DNA of 64,000 bases from Paecilomyces variotii (lineage: Eukaryota). Below, piece by piece: positions 1-11,348 of the stretch (within the stretch, counting starts at the first letter, position 1; every line of letters begins with the position of its first letter). The translations under genes and the position numbers were made by a program. The notes under the pieces were generated by a model. That model was given only the letters and a program-made list of their open reading frames with translations, ran no database searches and had not been told where the DNA came from. The stretch lies in NCBI GenBank assembly GCA_004022145.1, contig RCNU01000002.1. One strand, given 5' to 3'.

Positions 1-639
1 ATTTCTTCTTACCAACCAGGAATTAGTCGTTTTTCGACGGTTAAACAATAATACGTAGTAACCTGGAAATTGCCCCATTAGTTCCATTCAATGCAGGAGG
101 GACTATTGCACAACCACAAACGACTGTTCTGTTAGCATTATGGTATCTCAGAATGCTTGATGCGCAAGGTCAAGGGGCTAATTGCTGGAATATGTAAATG
201 GTGTCCCGGCAGATGATGTGTACCTAGAGCGGGCTCCTTGACCTGAACTGAGTCTCCACTCCAGTATTGTTGAAGAAAAACATAAATTGCAATATATTCT
301 GGAATATATCTAACCTCTTGGTAGATCACATTCTGGTTTTCTTTCTCAATCCTGTATTCAAGGTCGTTCACGTACACTGGCAAGAGACAATGGCTACGCC
401 TTTAAAAGACCTGTTCTAATTGCCGCACCAGTAAGTCAGTCTGGCTGCATAGAAATCTATACTATTCTATACTTCGATTAAGTATGTCTTGAACTTTCTT
501 TCGGATGCGGTTGTAGGATAGATTTTGTTGGTCGATATCTACGAGTATTGCCAATTATGACGGGACGCCCAGGACGAGATCGGCGCTACGTATGGAGTCC
601 GGATTGCCAGGATTGTCAGGACCATCGTGAATGTACCTT

Positions 640-921
640 GTGACACGTTTTTCAGACGATGGAGAGCGAAAACGGACGCACTGTGGTTCCAGTTGGCGAC
701 ATCATGACTGGAAGCACTGACATGCAGGGACTTAGCCCGCAGTATCGTAGATACTCTCCAGCTCGAGAAGGAACTGGACTTAATGCGCATGCGGTCGATG
801 AGCCTATGGAGATCACAGCTCACGTAGAAGGAATGAGGGTATATTACGGTAAGTTCGGCTTCCATTCCAAGAGGAATGGGTGCTTAATTACGAGGCAGAT
901 CACGCCTGGGATGAAGAGTAA
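640..921 (+). pseudogene. Decayed C-terminal remnant of an M20 Gly-Xaa carboxypeptidase (carboxypeptidase S-like)
   Basis: The translation VVPVGDIMTGSTD...RYSPAREGTGLNAHAVDEPMEITAHVEGMRVYY resembles the CPS1 C-terminus (IMTGNTD..Y.WSP..HTVDE...AH.EG). A short frameshifted segment reads (W)DLARSI in another frame. A GT-AG intron survives at 849-898, followed by DHAWDEE*. No upstream coding region is recognisable. Confidence 0.6.
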
Positions 922-1643
922 GCGCGTCTCTTCATAGTAGCTCTATATCAGCGTCACAAATATTCCCGTCATCTACCCCTGCAATAACGCTATATCTAGT
1001 ATATTCAGTACAGACTTTGAATAGTTTCCCACATAGTCCACTTGCTCTCGTAACAATCGCCTTGGATAAATATCCGTCTGTAGGTCTCTATAATGTCTTC
1101 TGAAAAGGGAAAACTTGACTGTCGCATAATCCCGGCTATCATTTTATTTTCGACCGCAGTCCACTTCAATATATCTCTTGCTAATTATTAGCGCGTAGAA
1201 CGGCCTTACAATGGTGCAGCCTGATTAGTTCTCGCTTAAGACCTTCCGGATCGGGTGGAGATTAGACGTGTAGAGTGGGAACTGAAAAGCAGCTTAGAAA
1301 GATAGCTCAATATAGGTAGTCCACGATGGCGCAAGACCGCATAACGGCCCGAGAAGCCCGTGCGGATCTAAAAGGAACGAAATCGTCGTATTTCTACTTG
1401 ACTTTTGGACCATTCATTGCTAGCTATCCTGCAGAAAGCTTCCCCGCAGAATAACAATTGGTGTCGGGCTGCTCATATCGGCAACTAAGCTTCATAGTCA
1501 TCTGTGACTAAATCCTATCCAGTAAGAAGTGTCCTCTTAGATAAGGAACGGTTGAATGGCGGTATGAGGAATCGAAGTGTCATCTCTCACTTCTCGTGTA
1601 CTCCAACCACGCTGTCCTACAAGGCGTAGGCCATCAGCACAAG

Positions 1644-4600
1644 ATGGAAAATCTCTGGGGAACTCTTCAGTTCCCTATGGCCGTGTCGGGCCTACAGAAG
1701 GTGGATTCGACAGTATCATTAATAAAGCAATTACCGGAGAGGTGAGAAAGGTTTTACATTCTGGTCCTGTTGCCCGTACTGACTCTTGTTCAGGACATCA
1801 TGGCAGAATAAGACGCAACATGCTGCAGCCTTTGTAGCAAAGGGCGATTTGCACATCAGTTTCATGGCCATTTCATTGCTTGTACTGATGGGACGGTTGT
1901 TTCTAGATTTTGTTATTCCACTCAACCGAACCAGACAACGATTATCAGACACGACTTTTACAGGTGAAGTGAGACAATTTACACCTCTCAGATATGTATT
2001 TGGGCAATGCGTGTTTGTCACAGCGGCATTCGTACTTAGCATTGTATCAGTCAGTCATTCCGGAAGCTGGGAAAAATGCCTCCTCTTAGGATATATGCTC
2101 ATCCTTTGCCTGGCTCGTTTTGTCTGCAAGTCAAGCTCATACAAATGTTGCATTTATCACCACCTCAATACCCTGGCCCTAGTGGCCACTATACTCCAGG
2201 CTATTCAGGTACTTCTGCCCATGACGGCCATTGATTCCCCATCTCGACCACGACTTATTGAGCGTGCTCAACTGGTACTATTGGCTGCCGTTGTTCTCAT
2301 GGCTTTCATCGCTCCTCGCCCTCGGCAAGCTTTACAGCTTGACAGAGAAGTTGGGGTGAGCTCCATAAAAGAAAAGGCTTCCCCGGAAGAAACCTGTTCT
2401 TGGTGGTCCTACTACTGTTCGTATGGGTGGACTACATACATGATCCTTCGCGGATGCCGTCGCGATCTCAAGATGGAAGACCTTCCTCAAGTGCCTTCTT
2501 ACGATGCGCCCCTCAAATGGTTATATGGTATCACAGCAGCAAGGCTGAAAGGAGGAAAGACTTTTTTAACGCTCTGTCGGCTTTTGAAGAAGGACATCAG
2601 AGTGCTAATATTCTGGTCCGTTGGTACGGCAGTATCAGAATATGTGGCACCATCGGCGATGTTACGTCTTCTTAGTTATCTTGAACAGCCGCAAGAGGCT
2701 GTGATACATCCTGCTGTCTGGATTGCATTGCTCTTCATTGGGCCCATGTGCCGGTCCCTCTGTTATCAACAGTATATCTTCAATGCTACTCGTGTCCTCG
2801 TTCGTTTAAACATGTCATTGGTACAGGAAATATACCAAACAGCGCTCCGGTCCCATATCTATGATAATTCTGAAGACCGTGGAGAACATGAAAGGCACAC
2901 AGGGAAAGATCAAGGCAACCCCTCCAACGCCTCCTCCAAGGAGGCACCCAGGTCTGGCCAGTCTAACATTACCAGTCTCATGTCATATGATGTGGACGCC
3001 ATCTACAATTCGAGAGATATCTTCTACGTTATGACCGCTGGGACAATCTCGGTCACGATAGCAATGACCCTCCTGTACCGAATGCTTGGTTGGCCGTCGT
3101 TGGTTGGAGTCTTTACTTTATTTCTATTGACGCCTCTTCCGGCCGTATTGTCTAATCGTGTTTCCTCTATTCAGAGAGAGGTCATGCGTGCCACTGATGC
3201 TAGGCTGTCCAAAATCTCAGAATACCTAGGTTCTATTCGGACCTTGAAGTATTTTGGCTGGGAGCCCGCGATGGCGGAAAAGATCAATGAACTCCGGTCT
3301 GTCGAACAAAAACGCTTGTGGAAGCGTAATATTCTGGTGGCTATCATCGCAGTGTCTGGAGACTTTCTACCGATGGTCAGCTTACTTGCCATGTTTTCTA
3401 CAGTGGTTCTCTTCACCGATATCCCTTTGAACGCACCGGTAGCCTTCACTTCCCTCTCCATTATGGAAACTCTCCGTCTTCAGTTTGTTTGGCTCTCAAA
3501 TATTATTCGAAATGCGTCACAGGGAATGGAGTCTCTTCGTCGCCTGGATCACTTCTTCGAGTCAGCTGTCCCAATCAAGCATCACCCAGCTGGACCGCCT
3601 GAGTTCAAGAACGCGACTTTCCGCCGTACCCCGGTAGCGACATTCAAGCTGCAGGACTTGACCGTTCGCTTTCTCGACGGGAAGTTGAATGTCATTACAG
3701 GACCAACAGGCAGCGGAAAGACATCTCTGCTTCTATCTTTACTAGGAGAGACCATCCTAGAGGCAGGCGAAGCAACGTGTCCAAGAGACATAGCTTATGT
3801 CCCTCAAGCAGCATGGCTTCAGAATGACACCATAAGAAATAATATTCTCTTCTTTGCCCCATACGATGAAGAACGTTATAATTCTGTTATCCACGCGTGC
3901 GGTCTGGTACAAGATATCGGACAACTTCCGGGCGGCGACCAGACTATCGTTGGAGAGAAGGGGCAAAGTCTCTCAGGGGGTCAAAAACAGCGTGTTTCAC
4001 TGGCAAGAGCTGTTTACTCTCGTGCATCGACATTGGTCCTTGACGACGTATTCTCTGCTCTGGACACACACACTACCAGCGCAGTCTATGAAGGATGCTT
4101 CCGCAGCGGTATGCTGCAAGGTCGGACGGTGATCCTGGTCACTCATCTGCCAAGTGCCTTGCGAGATGCAAGCCTGATAGTTAACCTCGACCGTGGAGCC
4201 ATTTTGTCGGTGCGGACGTCCGAAGAGGGTGGTTTGTTATTGAAATCCAGCCAGTGTTCCGTTGACACTGTCGTTGAAGACGATTCAGGATCACCGCCTC
4301 TTCTAGAACCAATAGAGTCTGGATCAGTGCAAAGTACTTCTGGGGTACTGAAAATGGAAGATCCGAAGGATACGCCAGGCCGATTAGTTGAAGAGACGTC
4401 AGCAAAGGGCCGCATTCCACGGACACTAGGTTAGTACGAGATGTGATTCCAGCTGCCTAGTATCTAACTTTTGTGTAGTTTTCAGATATATGCTTCTATT
4501 CGGTGGCTATCCCTATGCCTGTTTAGCGATCTTTGTGTCGCTTACAGTTCAAGTCACCTATTTTTCGATCACCTATTGGCTCTCTATATGGACAGGGTCT

Positions 4601-6326
4601 TACGCACGAGACGAGCCACCGTCCAACTCCAAGTTCTATCTCGGCGTCTATGCAGTCATTGTGGTCACTTTCCTAAGTCTTCAGTTCATCAGCAACATCA
4701 TCTACCAAAGGGGTGCATGGGTCGCGGCCGGAAGATTGCACTCTGAACTTGCTACAGCAGTTCTATCAGCCCCTGTCTCATGGTTTGATCAGAATCCAAT
4801 TGGCCGAGCTATAAACCGCTTTGGAAATGATATGCGATCTCTAGATGCCGTTTTGGTCACTTGGCTTAGGCAGTCTGCTGATAACATTCTCCGCTTCTTC
4901 TTCCGGCTTGCAAGCATAGCATCCATTATGCCGATATTCGCTCTTCCTGCCGCGATCATATGTAGTATTGGCTTCATCATCGGAGAAATGTATACACGCG
5001 CACAAGTGTCAATCAAGCGTTTGACTGCTATCAACTATTCACCTGTCTTTACTCACTTTACTGACACGCTAGCGGGGATGACTGTTATCAGAGCAAGGCA
5101 GGGCATGGAAAGTGTCTTCCAGGAACTCCTGGCAGATAAGCTCGCGGCGCATACGCAGGCATCAGAAGCTCAATATAATTGTAACCGCTGGGTCTCTGTC
5201 CGTTCCGACCTTTGCGCTGCTACTATTGCAGCTGCAGCTGGCTGCATCGCTTATCTCAAACCCGGACCCCCTGGTCTGGTTGGATTTTCTCTCACAAATG
5301 CTATCGGTCTAAGTCAGACTATTCTAGTCCTTGTTCGAACATTGAACGAACTAGAAGTCGAGTTGAACTCTTTCGAGCGTGTGAAGGAATACACACAGAT
5401 CGAACCAGAGGAGAGCGTGGCCGAACAGGAGAAATCACGCATGAAGAGTGTTCCCGCTGGATGGCCAACCTCCGGCTGCGTCGAGTTCCAGCACGTAACT
5501 GCTCGGTACCATCCTGATGGTCCCGATGTATTGAAAGATGTTACCTTCACTGCAAAACCCGGACAGCGGATCGCCATAGTCGGACGTACGGGAAGCGGGA
5601 AGAGCACACTAGGATTGTCACTGCTACGGTTTACGGATATAGTGTCTGGGAAAGTCATGATTGATGGCATTGATATCACAGAGATACCGCTACATCGTCT
5701 ACGGACAAGCATTAGTCTCATCCCTCAGGAACCAGTGCTTTTCTCCGGCGATATCCGATCCAATCTTGACCCGTTCGGTCAGTTAGATGAAACAGATTTG
5801 CAGACTGCACTTTCTGCATGCACAGCGATTGAGGTCCCAAAGTCCGATGACTCGACAGATAACTCTCATCCTCATCTGCTCAGCCTTAATACTCCTGTTG
5901 CGTCTAACGGCGAGAACTTTAGCCAAGGTCAACGACAGGTTCTTGGGCTGGCACGGGCGATCAGTCGTCGGACGAAAGTCGTTCTCCTAGATGAAGCGAC
6001 AGCATCAGTTGATCACCGCACAGATGAGCATATCCAGCAGATTATCCGTTCCGAATTCCCAGATTCGACCATTATCGCAATCGCCCACCGACTACGCACG
6101 ATTATAGATTACGACTGCGTCATCGTCATGGGAAGTGGAGAGATCCTCGAGTATGTATATCTTCTTTGTCCCAGTTGTGCTGTGTTAGAGGAAGAATTCT
6201 AACTATAAGTATAGGATTGGCTCACCAGCCGACTTGATTGAGAGTAAGGGTGTGTTCTGGGATATGCTAATGAACACGGGAGAGTATGATGAGCTCATGA
6301 CGAAACTGAAGGCAAACGGAAATTGA
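1644..6326 (+). CDS. ABCC/MRP-type ABC transporter (Ybt1/bile-acid transporter-like), 4 exons
   Basis: Exons 1644-1741, 1794-4429, 4479-6150 and 6215-6326 join in frame. There are two TMD-NBD halves, with Walker A GPTGSGKT and GRTGSGKS, signatures LSGGQKQR and FSQGQRQ, and Walker B LVLDD and VLLDEATAS. Confidence 0.93.
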
Positions 6327-6681
6327 ACAAAAGTTAAGAATTGATCACGATGGTATGCTTTGCACTTATTGATTTCAAAACTGAAGTATTAGAATGGACA
6401 TGGGTCCTGGCGTGCATTTAGATACTACGGAGTAGTAGTTCGTTGCAGTACTTACACTAGCTTATAGCATGGCAAAAGTCAAATTGAATTCAATCCAGGA
6501 TATTGATACTCCTGTAGACTAGCTGCAGTCAAACAAATAGTTCCTGCATCGTAAGAGGATAATTCGACAATTTCTCGTCAACGACAACTTTGCGAGGAAT
6601 AACAAGCATGTCTATCCAATATGGACAATCCTTACGGTTGATGACATAATCGCCCGACTTCCCCGGCTAGCGTAGGTCATC

Positions 6682-6701
6682 AGCCCTAAGCCCTAAGCCC
6701 T
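6682..6701. promoter_or_regulatory. Tandem AGCCCTA repeats; Tbf1-type ribosomal protein promoter element
   Basis: AGCCCTAAGCCCTAAGCCCT lies ~140 nt upstream of the RPL36 ATG. It matches the (T/A)AGCCCTAA motif known from ascomycete ribosomal protein promoters. Confidence 0.7.
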
Positions 6702-6838
6702 GTGATCTCGCGTACGCACTGGCGGCTCATCCAACCAAAACCTCGCGAACTTTATCGAACGGACCCCGACTTCCACATCGACGACAATCGACCTTCGACG
6801 ACAACTCCATCCAGCAACCACCGTCGCCAACCGTCGAA

Positions 6839-7752
6839 ATGGCTCAGGAACGCACCGGCCTCATTGTTGGCCTCAACAAGGGTCACGTATGTGATATCTC
6901 CCTGCATCGAAATCCCTCATGTCGTTTTGCAGCAGCCCCGTTGAATATCGCCGGTTGAGGAAATTTTTCGTCGCGATGGCACAAGAGGAGAGCACAACGG
7001 CACAGCCATAACGTGAATCTTGGACGATCAGCCCGTGGATTACTGAGATTGAGGATTGATTTTAATATCATCCAGGCCGGATTCGCGGCCTCTTGTGTCT
7101 AGCGGAGGAAATATTTCCAACGCGGCGATATATTCATGGGAATGGAAAGGCCCAACGCCCTTCTGCAGAGACGAATTGGCAATGAAGAAAAATACACACA
7201 GGAAGGGAATTGCTGACATGTATTCTTTTGGGAATTATAGAAAACCACTCCTCACCAGACCCCCAAGAGCCGCATCAGCCGTACCAAGGGCCACCTCTCC
7301 AAGCGCACTGCTTTCGTCCGGGAGGTCGTCAAGGAGGTCGCCGGTCTCGCCCCCTATGAGCGTCGTGTTGTCGAACTTCTGAGAAACGCTCAGGACAAGC
7401 GTGCTCGTAAGCTCGCCAAGAAGAGGGTACGTGAGATATCTGAAGAATTGCTTTATCCGATTTGAGGGGAACGAGTGGTCTAGTCGACGATTGCCAATGG
7501 AGTGGATATGACATGGGTGATATCTTGGAGCTTGTCGTTCCATTGTCTCTTGTAATTGGACAATTATCCATGTCAAGTCCTCCATAGTATCTTCCAATCG
7601 GACCACTCGGCCCTTACAATCATAGGCAGAGACGTTCGTGAAGTGAAGACTAACGTGTTTTTCACCAACAGCTCGGTACTTTCGGCCGTGCCAAGCGCAA
7701 GGTCGACGAGATGCAGAAGGTCATTGCTGAGGCCAGGAGAGCTGGTCACTAA
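6839..7752 (+). CDS. RPL36: 60S ribosomal protein L36 (eL36), 3 exons
   Basis: Exons 6839-6886, 7241-7426 and 7672-7752 give [104 protein letters not shown]. Confidence 0.97.
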
Positions 7753-8438
7753 ATTCGTGCTCCTTAATCGGAAAAGGTCACGGATGGAGTGAAAAGTGGT
7801 TGTTGTTGTCGCTTGGGCCGGAGAATCGGAGGAGGAGCAGCAGCATGTCCCATGTTTCTTCTCCTTTTGTTTTTTTTTATCCATCGAACGTCCCTTTTAT
7901 TTTAACGGAATATCCTAAAACGAGACCAAAGATGGAAATAGGCATGGAATCAAAAAAAGACGATTTCAAGAACACAAAACAAAAAGGAGCTCTCTAACCT
8001 ATCCGACTTTTTCTGCAATCACCGAGCATCTGGAAAATGAGGTTGAGCAGGAAAAGAAAGACAAAAAGGAGGATAAAAAGGGAAAACAGGAAATGGGATA
8101 TGCGGGCTTCTGGGATGGAAAAAGTGATGTACGCTATGTTTGTATGACAGCCTGGCGTCGGACATTTTCTGGACCCTATTTCGTCGAGCAATGAGGTCTT
8201 GTGCTTCTGAGCCTAGCGATCCTAAATACATGCCTCCTCGATCGATCTTAATGAATCTATCTTCTCCAGACCGTGCAATAGTTGATTCTACTCTCGAGAC
8301 ATGCTTCATGGATGTGATGCACGTGAATTCTAAATGGAAGATCTACGTACATACTTCATCAGCGAGACCTACGCAGATGGTTGGAAATGGCATTATTCCA
8401 TTACGTAGCGTAAATCATAATACAGGTCTTGTGTTCTT

Positions 8439-10064
8439 TCATTTCTTGCCAGGCAGCTTCAACCACTTGGGCACGCCTCCTGTGCCTCCTTTCCGCTTGG
8501 TCTCATTGCTTGCTGCCGCGGACGGTCCTCCCAGTGACCTGCTTGGTTGTTCTGGCTCCTCGAGGGCTTTGATTTCCTCCACCTTGATATCCTGGGCTTG
8601 GCTCCTCAGCTCCGGTTTCAAGAGCATCGCCCCGCTGCCGCGAGCAGCGAGGGAGGCGTTAGGGTCCCATGAGAAGTTGACCAGCATGCGTCCCTTCATA
8701 CCCAAGTCCCGAATCAAGAGAGATGTATCTGAATCTGGAATACTCGAATGGCTCCTCTTACCACCAATGAGTGCAGGCGCACCAGGGGTGCTCAGATTAA
8801 ACTTCTCAGCAGTAAATGGCTCATCTAGACAACTTCTAACGAAGTCATACAAGGTCTTCCCAGTGTCTTCTTGCCCGAACTTCGCTACCACCTGACTTTG
8901 GTCTGGGAAACGGACTTTGACGTCGATTTCTTTGATGCTCGCTAGTAGCTGCTGTTCAGCTGCTGCTTTGGCAGCGATCTCTGCATCTGTCGGGAGACGA
9001 GTTGGACGAGACGAAGCGTTCAACCGGTCTTGGTGAGACTTGGCATGCTCAACGGACGGAATATAGTCGTTCTCATCATATTTGGTCTGGGCTGATTGTG
9101 GAGTTGAGCTGGAAGGTGGCCGATAGACTGTCACCGGTCTGGAAAAGACTGTCTGGGTCTGCGGTGGTTCTGTTGAGGGTGTCTCGGGTGCTGCAGGTTG
9201 CGAGACAGGCTCTGCTGGAATGCCACCAACTGCTTCCGCAGCTGGGTCAGGAGTAGGAGACACTCGTGCCGTCACCGATGGGTTCGTGTCATCAATCGTA
9301 CGTCCTTCCTGGATAGGTGCAACGGCCTCTGCAATCTCACCAGACTTGTCTTCAAAAGACTGGAAGTACTCTCCTATCTTCTGCATAGCCTCTTCTAGCG
9401 GCTCCGATGTTGTCCGGAAACTTAGTCTCATGAGGACATTCCCACTATTATAGCCCAGCTGTGCTAGTGACTTCTGCAGGTCTGTAAATGACGACAGTTC
9501 TCTGCCCATAATCTGAAGAACAGGAGTCTGATAATACAGTCTCCCAGCGCCCGCACTGCCGCTGTCCGTGGCCGGTGCTCCCCTGCCTGTCAGGTTCCTT
9601 GTTTTTCCATCACCCGCGACCCCAGCCTCGAACTTCCGTAGGACCAGCCATAGTGTCGTGTTGCTTGGGAACTTGTCGAGGATACGCCCATTTGGTACCC
9701 CCTGGGCTTCTGATTCCGGTAGTTGTAAACCGACAGTTACAACGGAGGGTGACCGTGACGCTTGGACAAGCTCAAGCTTGGCCCCAGAGCTCAGGCCAGA
9801 AAGACGAAAAGACAATGACAGATCTAGTTGTTTACTCTTACGTCTTTTATGAGAAGTCAGTACAACTGGAATCCCATCACCGATCTGTCAAGCAACATGC
9901 CCGCTCAGAGGAATGGTAATGACTTACTTTAAGCCATACTGGTTGGCATCTAGATTCAGTTTGGCGCAGGCTTCCTGGAGGATATCTGCCAGATGCTTAT
10001 TTGGCGTCGTCTTCACAGTGGCTCTGCGAGCGCTCGCATCAATCACCACGACGTGGGAGCTCAT
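8439..10064 (-). CDS. TUG/ASPL-like UBX domain protein (Cdc48 cofactor, Ubx4-like), 2 exons
   Basis: Exon 1 (10064-9928) gives MSSHVVVIDASARRATVKTTPNKHLADILQEACAKL, a TUG-UBL1-like start. It is spliced to the 458-aa ORF containing a UBX motif (VKVRFPDQ) and the C-terminus VPKWLKLPGKK. Confidence 0.85.
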
Positions 10065-10522
10065 GGCCAGTAGGTAGCCCGAGGGCTCGATTCAATATGG
10101 CGGGGCAGTATATGGGGTGAAACTGCCTCTGCAGCAGTCTGGGAATTAAGCAGAAAATCTCCAGAATTCAGTCGAGAGTTCGTTCTTTTTCACTTCCGTC
10201 TCACTGGAGAAATGTAGGCCTATATTATCGCGGGGAAGGTAGGGCAAGAGAGTCAAGTTTGTCTCTTGGTTCGATGCTCTTCCGTCGCGGGCAAACAGGC
10301 AGCGGGCGAATCGTCATCCGGACGAGAGCTGGTGGTGGCCCGAGCTCTCGGCGGCTCACGCGTGTCTCTCTGGCTACCTGGAGAGCTCCAGGGCATCAAG
10401 TCGACCTCCTCCGCTTCAGCTCACCACGCCTTAGATACCCGCCATCAGACCCTCTCTTGCGCTCTGGAGAGCTCGTTTCGTTTGGACTTGTATCGGTACT
10501 TGGTCAGAATTCACGACTCATC

Positions 10523-11348
10523 ATGGTAAGACCCCAGAACGCCCTGTTCTGAAGGAGCGCATTGACGCTAACTGTCTCTTTAGAGCTCTCCCTTCGACAT
10601 CAGTATGGCTCTCCCCCTCTGCTCTCTATGAGTATTGCGATATCCTTAATGATACTGATCGTCTCTCCACAGATGGCGGTGCCTGCGTTGCCATGGTGGG
10701 CAAGGACTGCGTCGCCATCGCCTGCGATCTCCGTCTGGGCATGCAGGCACTCACCGTATCCAACAACTTCCCCAAGATCTTCAACTACGCCCCTTCCACC
10801 TACCTCGGTCTGACAGGCCTCGCGACCGATGTCACTACCGTTTCAGAGCTCTTCCGCTACAAGGTGAACCTATACCGACTACGAGAGGAGCGGAATATCT
10901 CTCCACAGACGCTGGCCAACCTGGTCAGCTCTAGTCTATACGAGCGACGGTTTGGTCCGTGGTTTGTCAGCCCTGTCATTGCTGGAATCAACCCCACAAC
11001 GGGGAAGCCGTTCATCTGCGGCTTCGACAGCATCGGATGTATCGATTTCGCGAAGGATTTCATTGTCAGTGGAACAGCCAGTGATCAGCTGTTCGGTACC
11101 TGCGAGGGTCTGTGGGAGCCTGACCTGGTATGTCAGACCGATTTCTATGAACTCTTCTTGATATAACATGTTTCCAGAGACCTTGGCTAACTGTTTATAT
11201 CAAGGAACCCGAGGAACTCTTCGAAACCATATCTCAAGCTCTCCTAAATGCCGTCGACAGAGATGCGCTTTCTGGCTGGGGCGCCCATGTGTACATCATA
11301 GAGAAGGACAAGGTTACCAAGCGGTTATTGAAGGGACGACAGGATTAG
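10523..11348 (+). CDS. PUP3: 20S proteasome subunit beta-3, 4 coding exons
   Basis: Exons are ATG only (10523-10525), a 19-nt exon (10584-10602), 10673-11127 and ~11204-11348. The translation is [30 protein letters not shown]...GLTGLATDV...[10 protein letters not shown]...LKGRQD*. Confidence 0.96.

Noticed and set aside
6682..6701. Telomere-like repeat
   Set aside because: The unit is AGCCCTA, not CCCTAA. It has only three copies, and its position fits a ribosomal protein promoter element.
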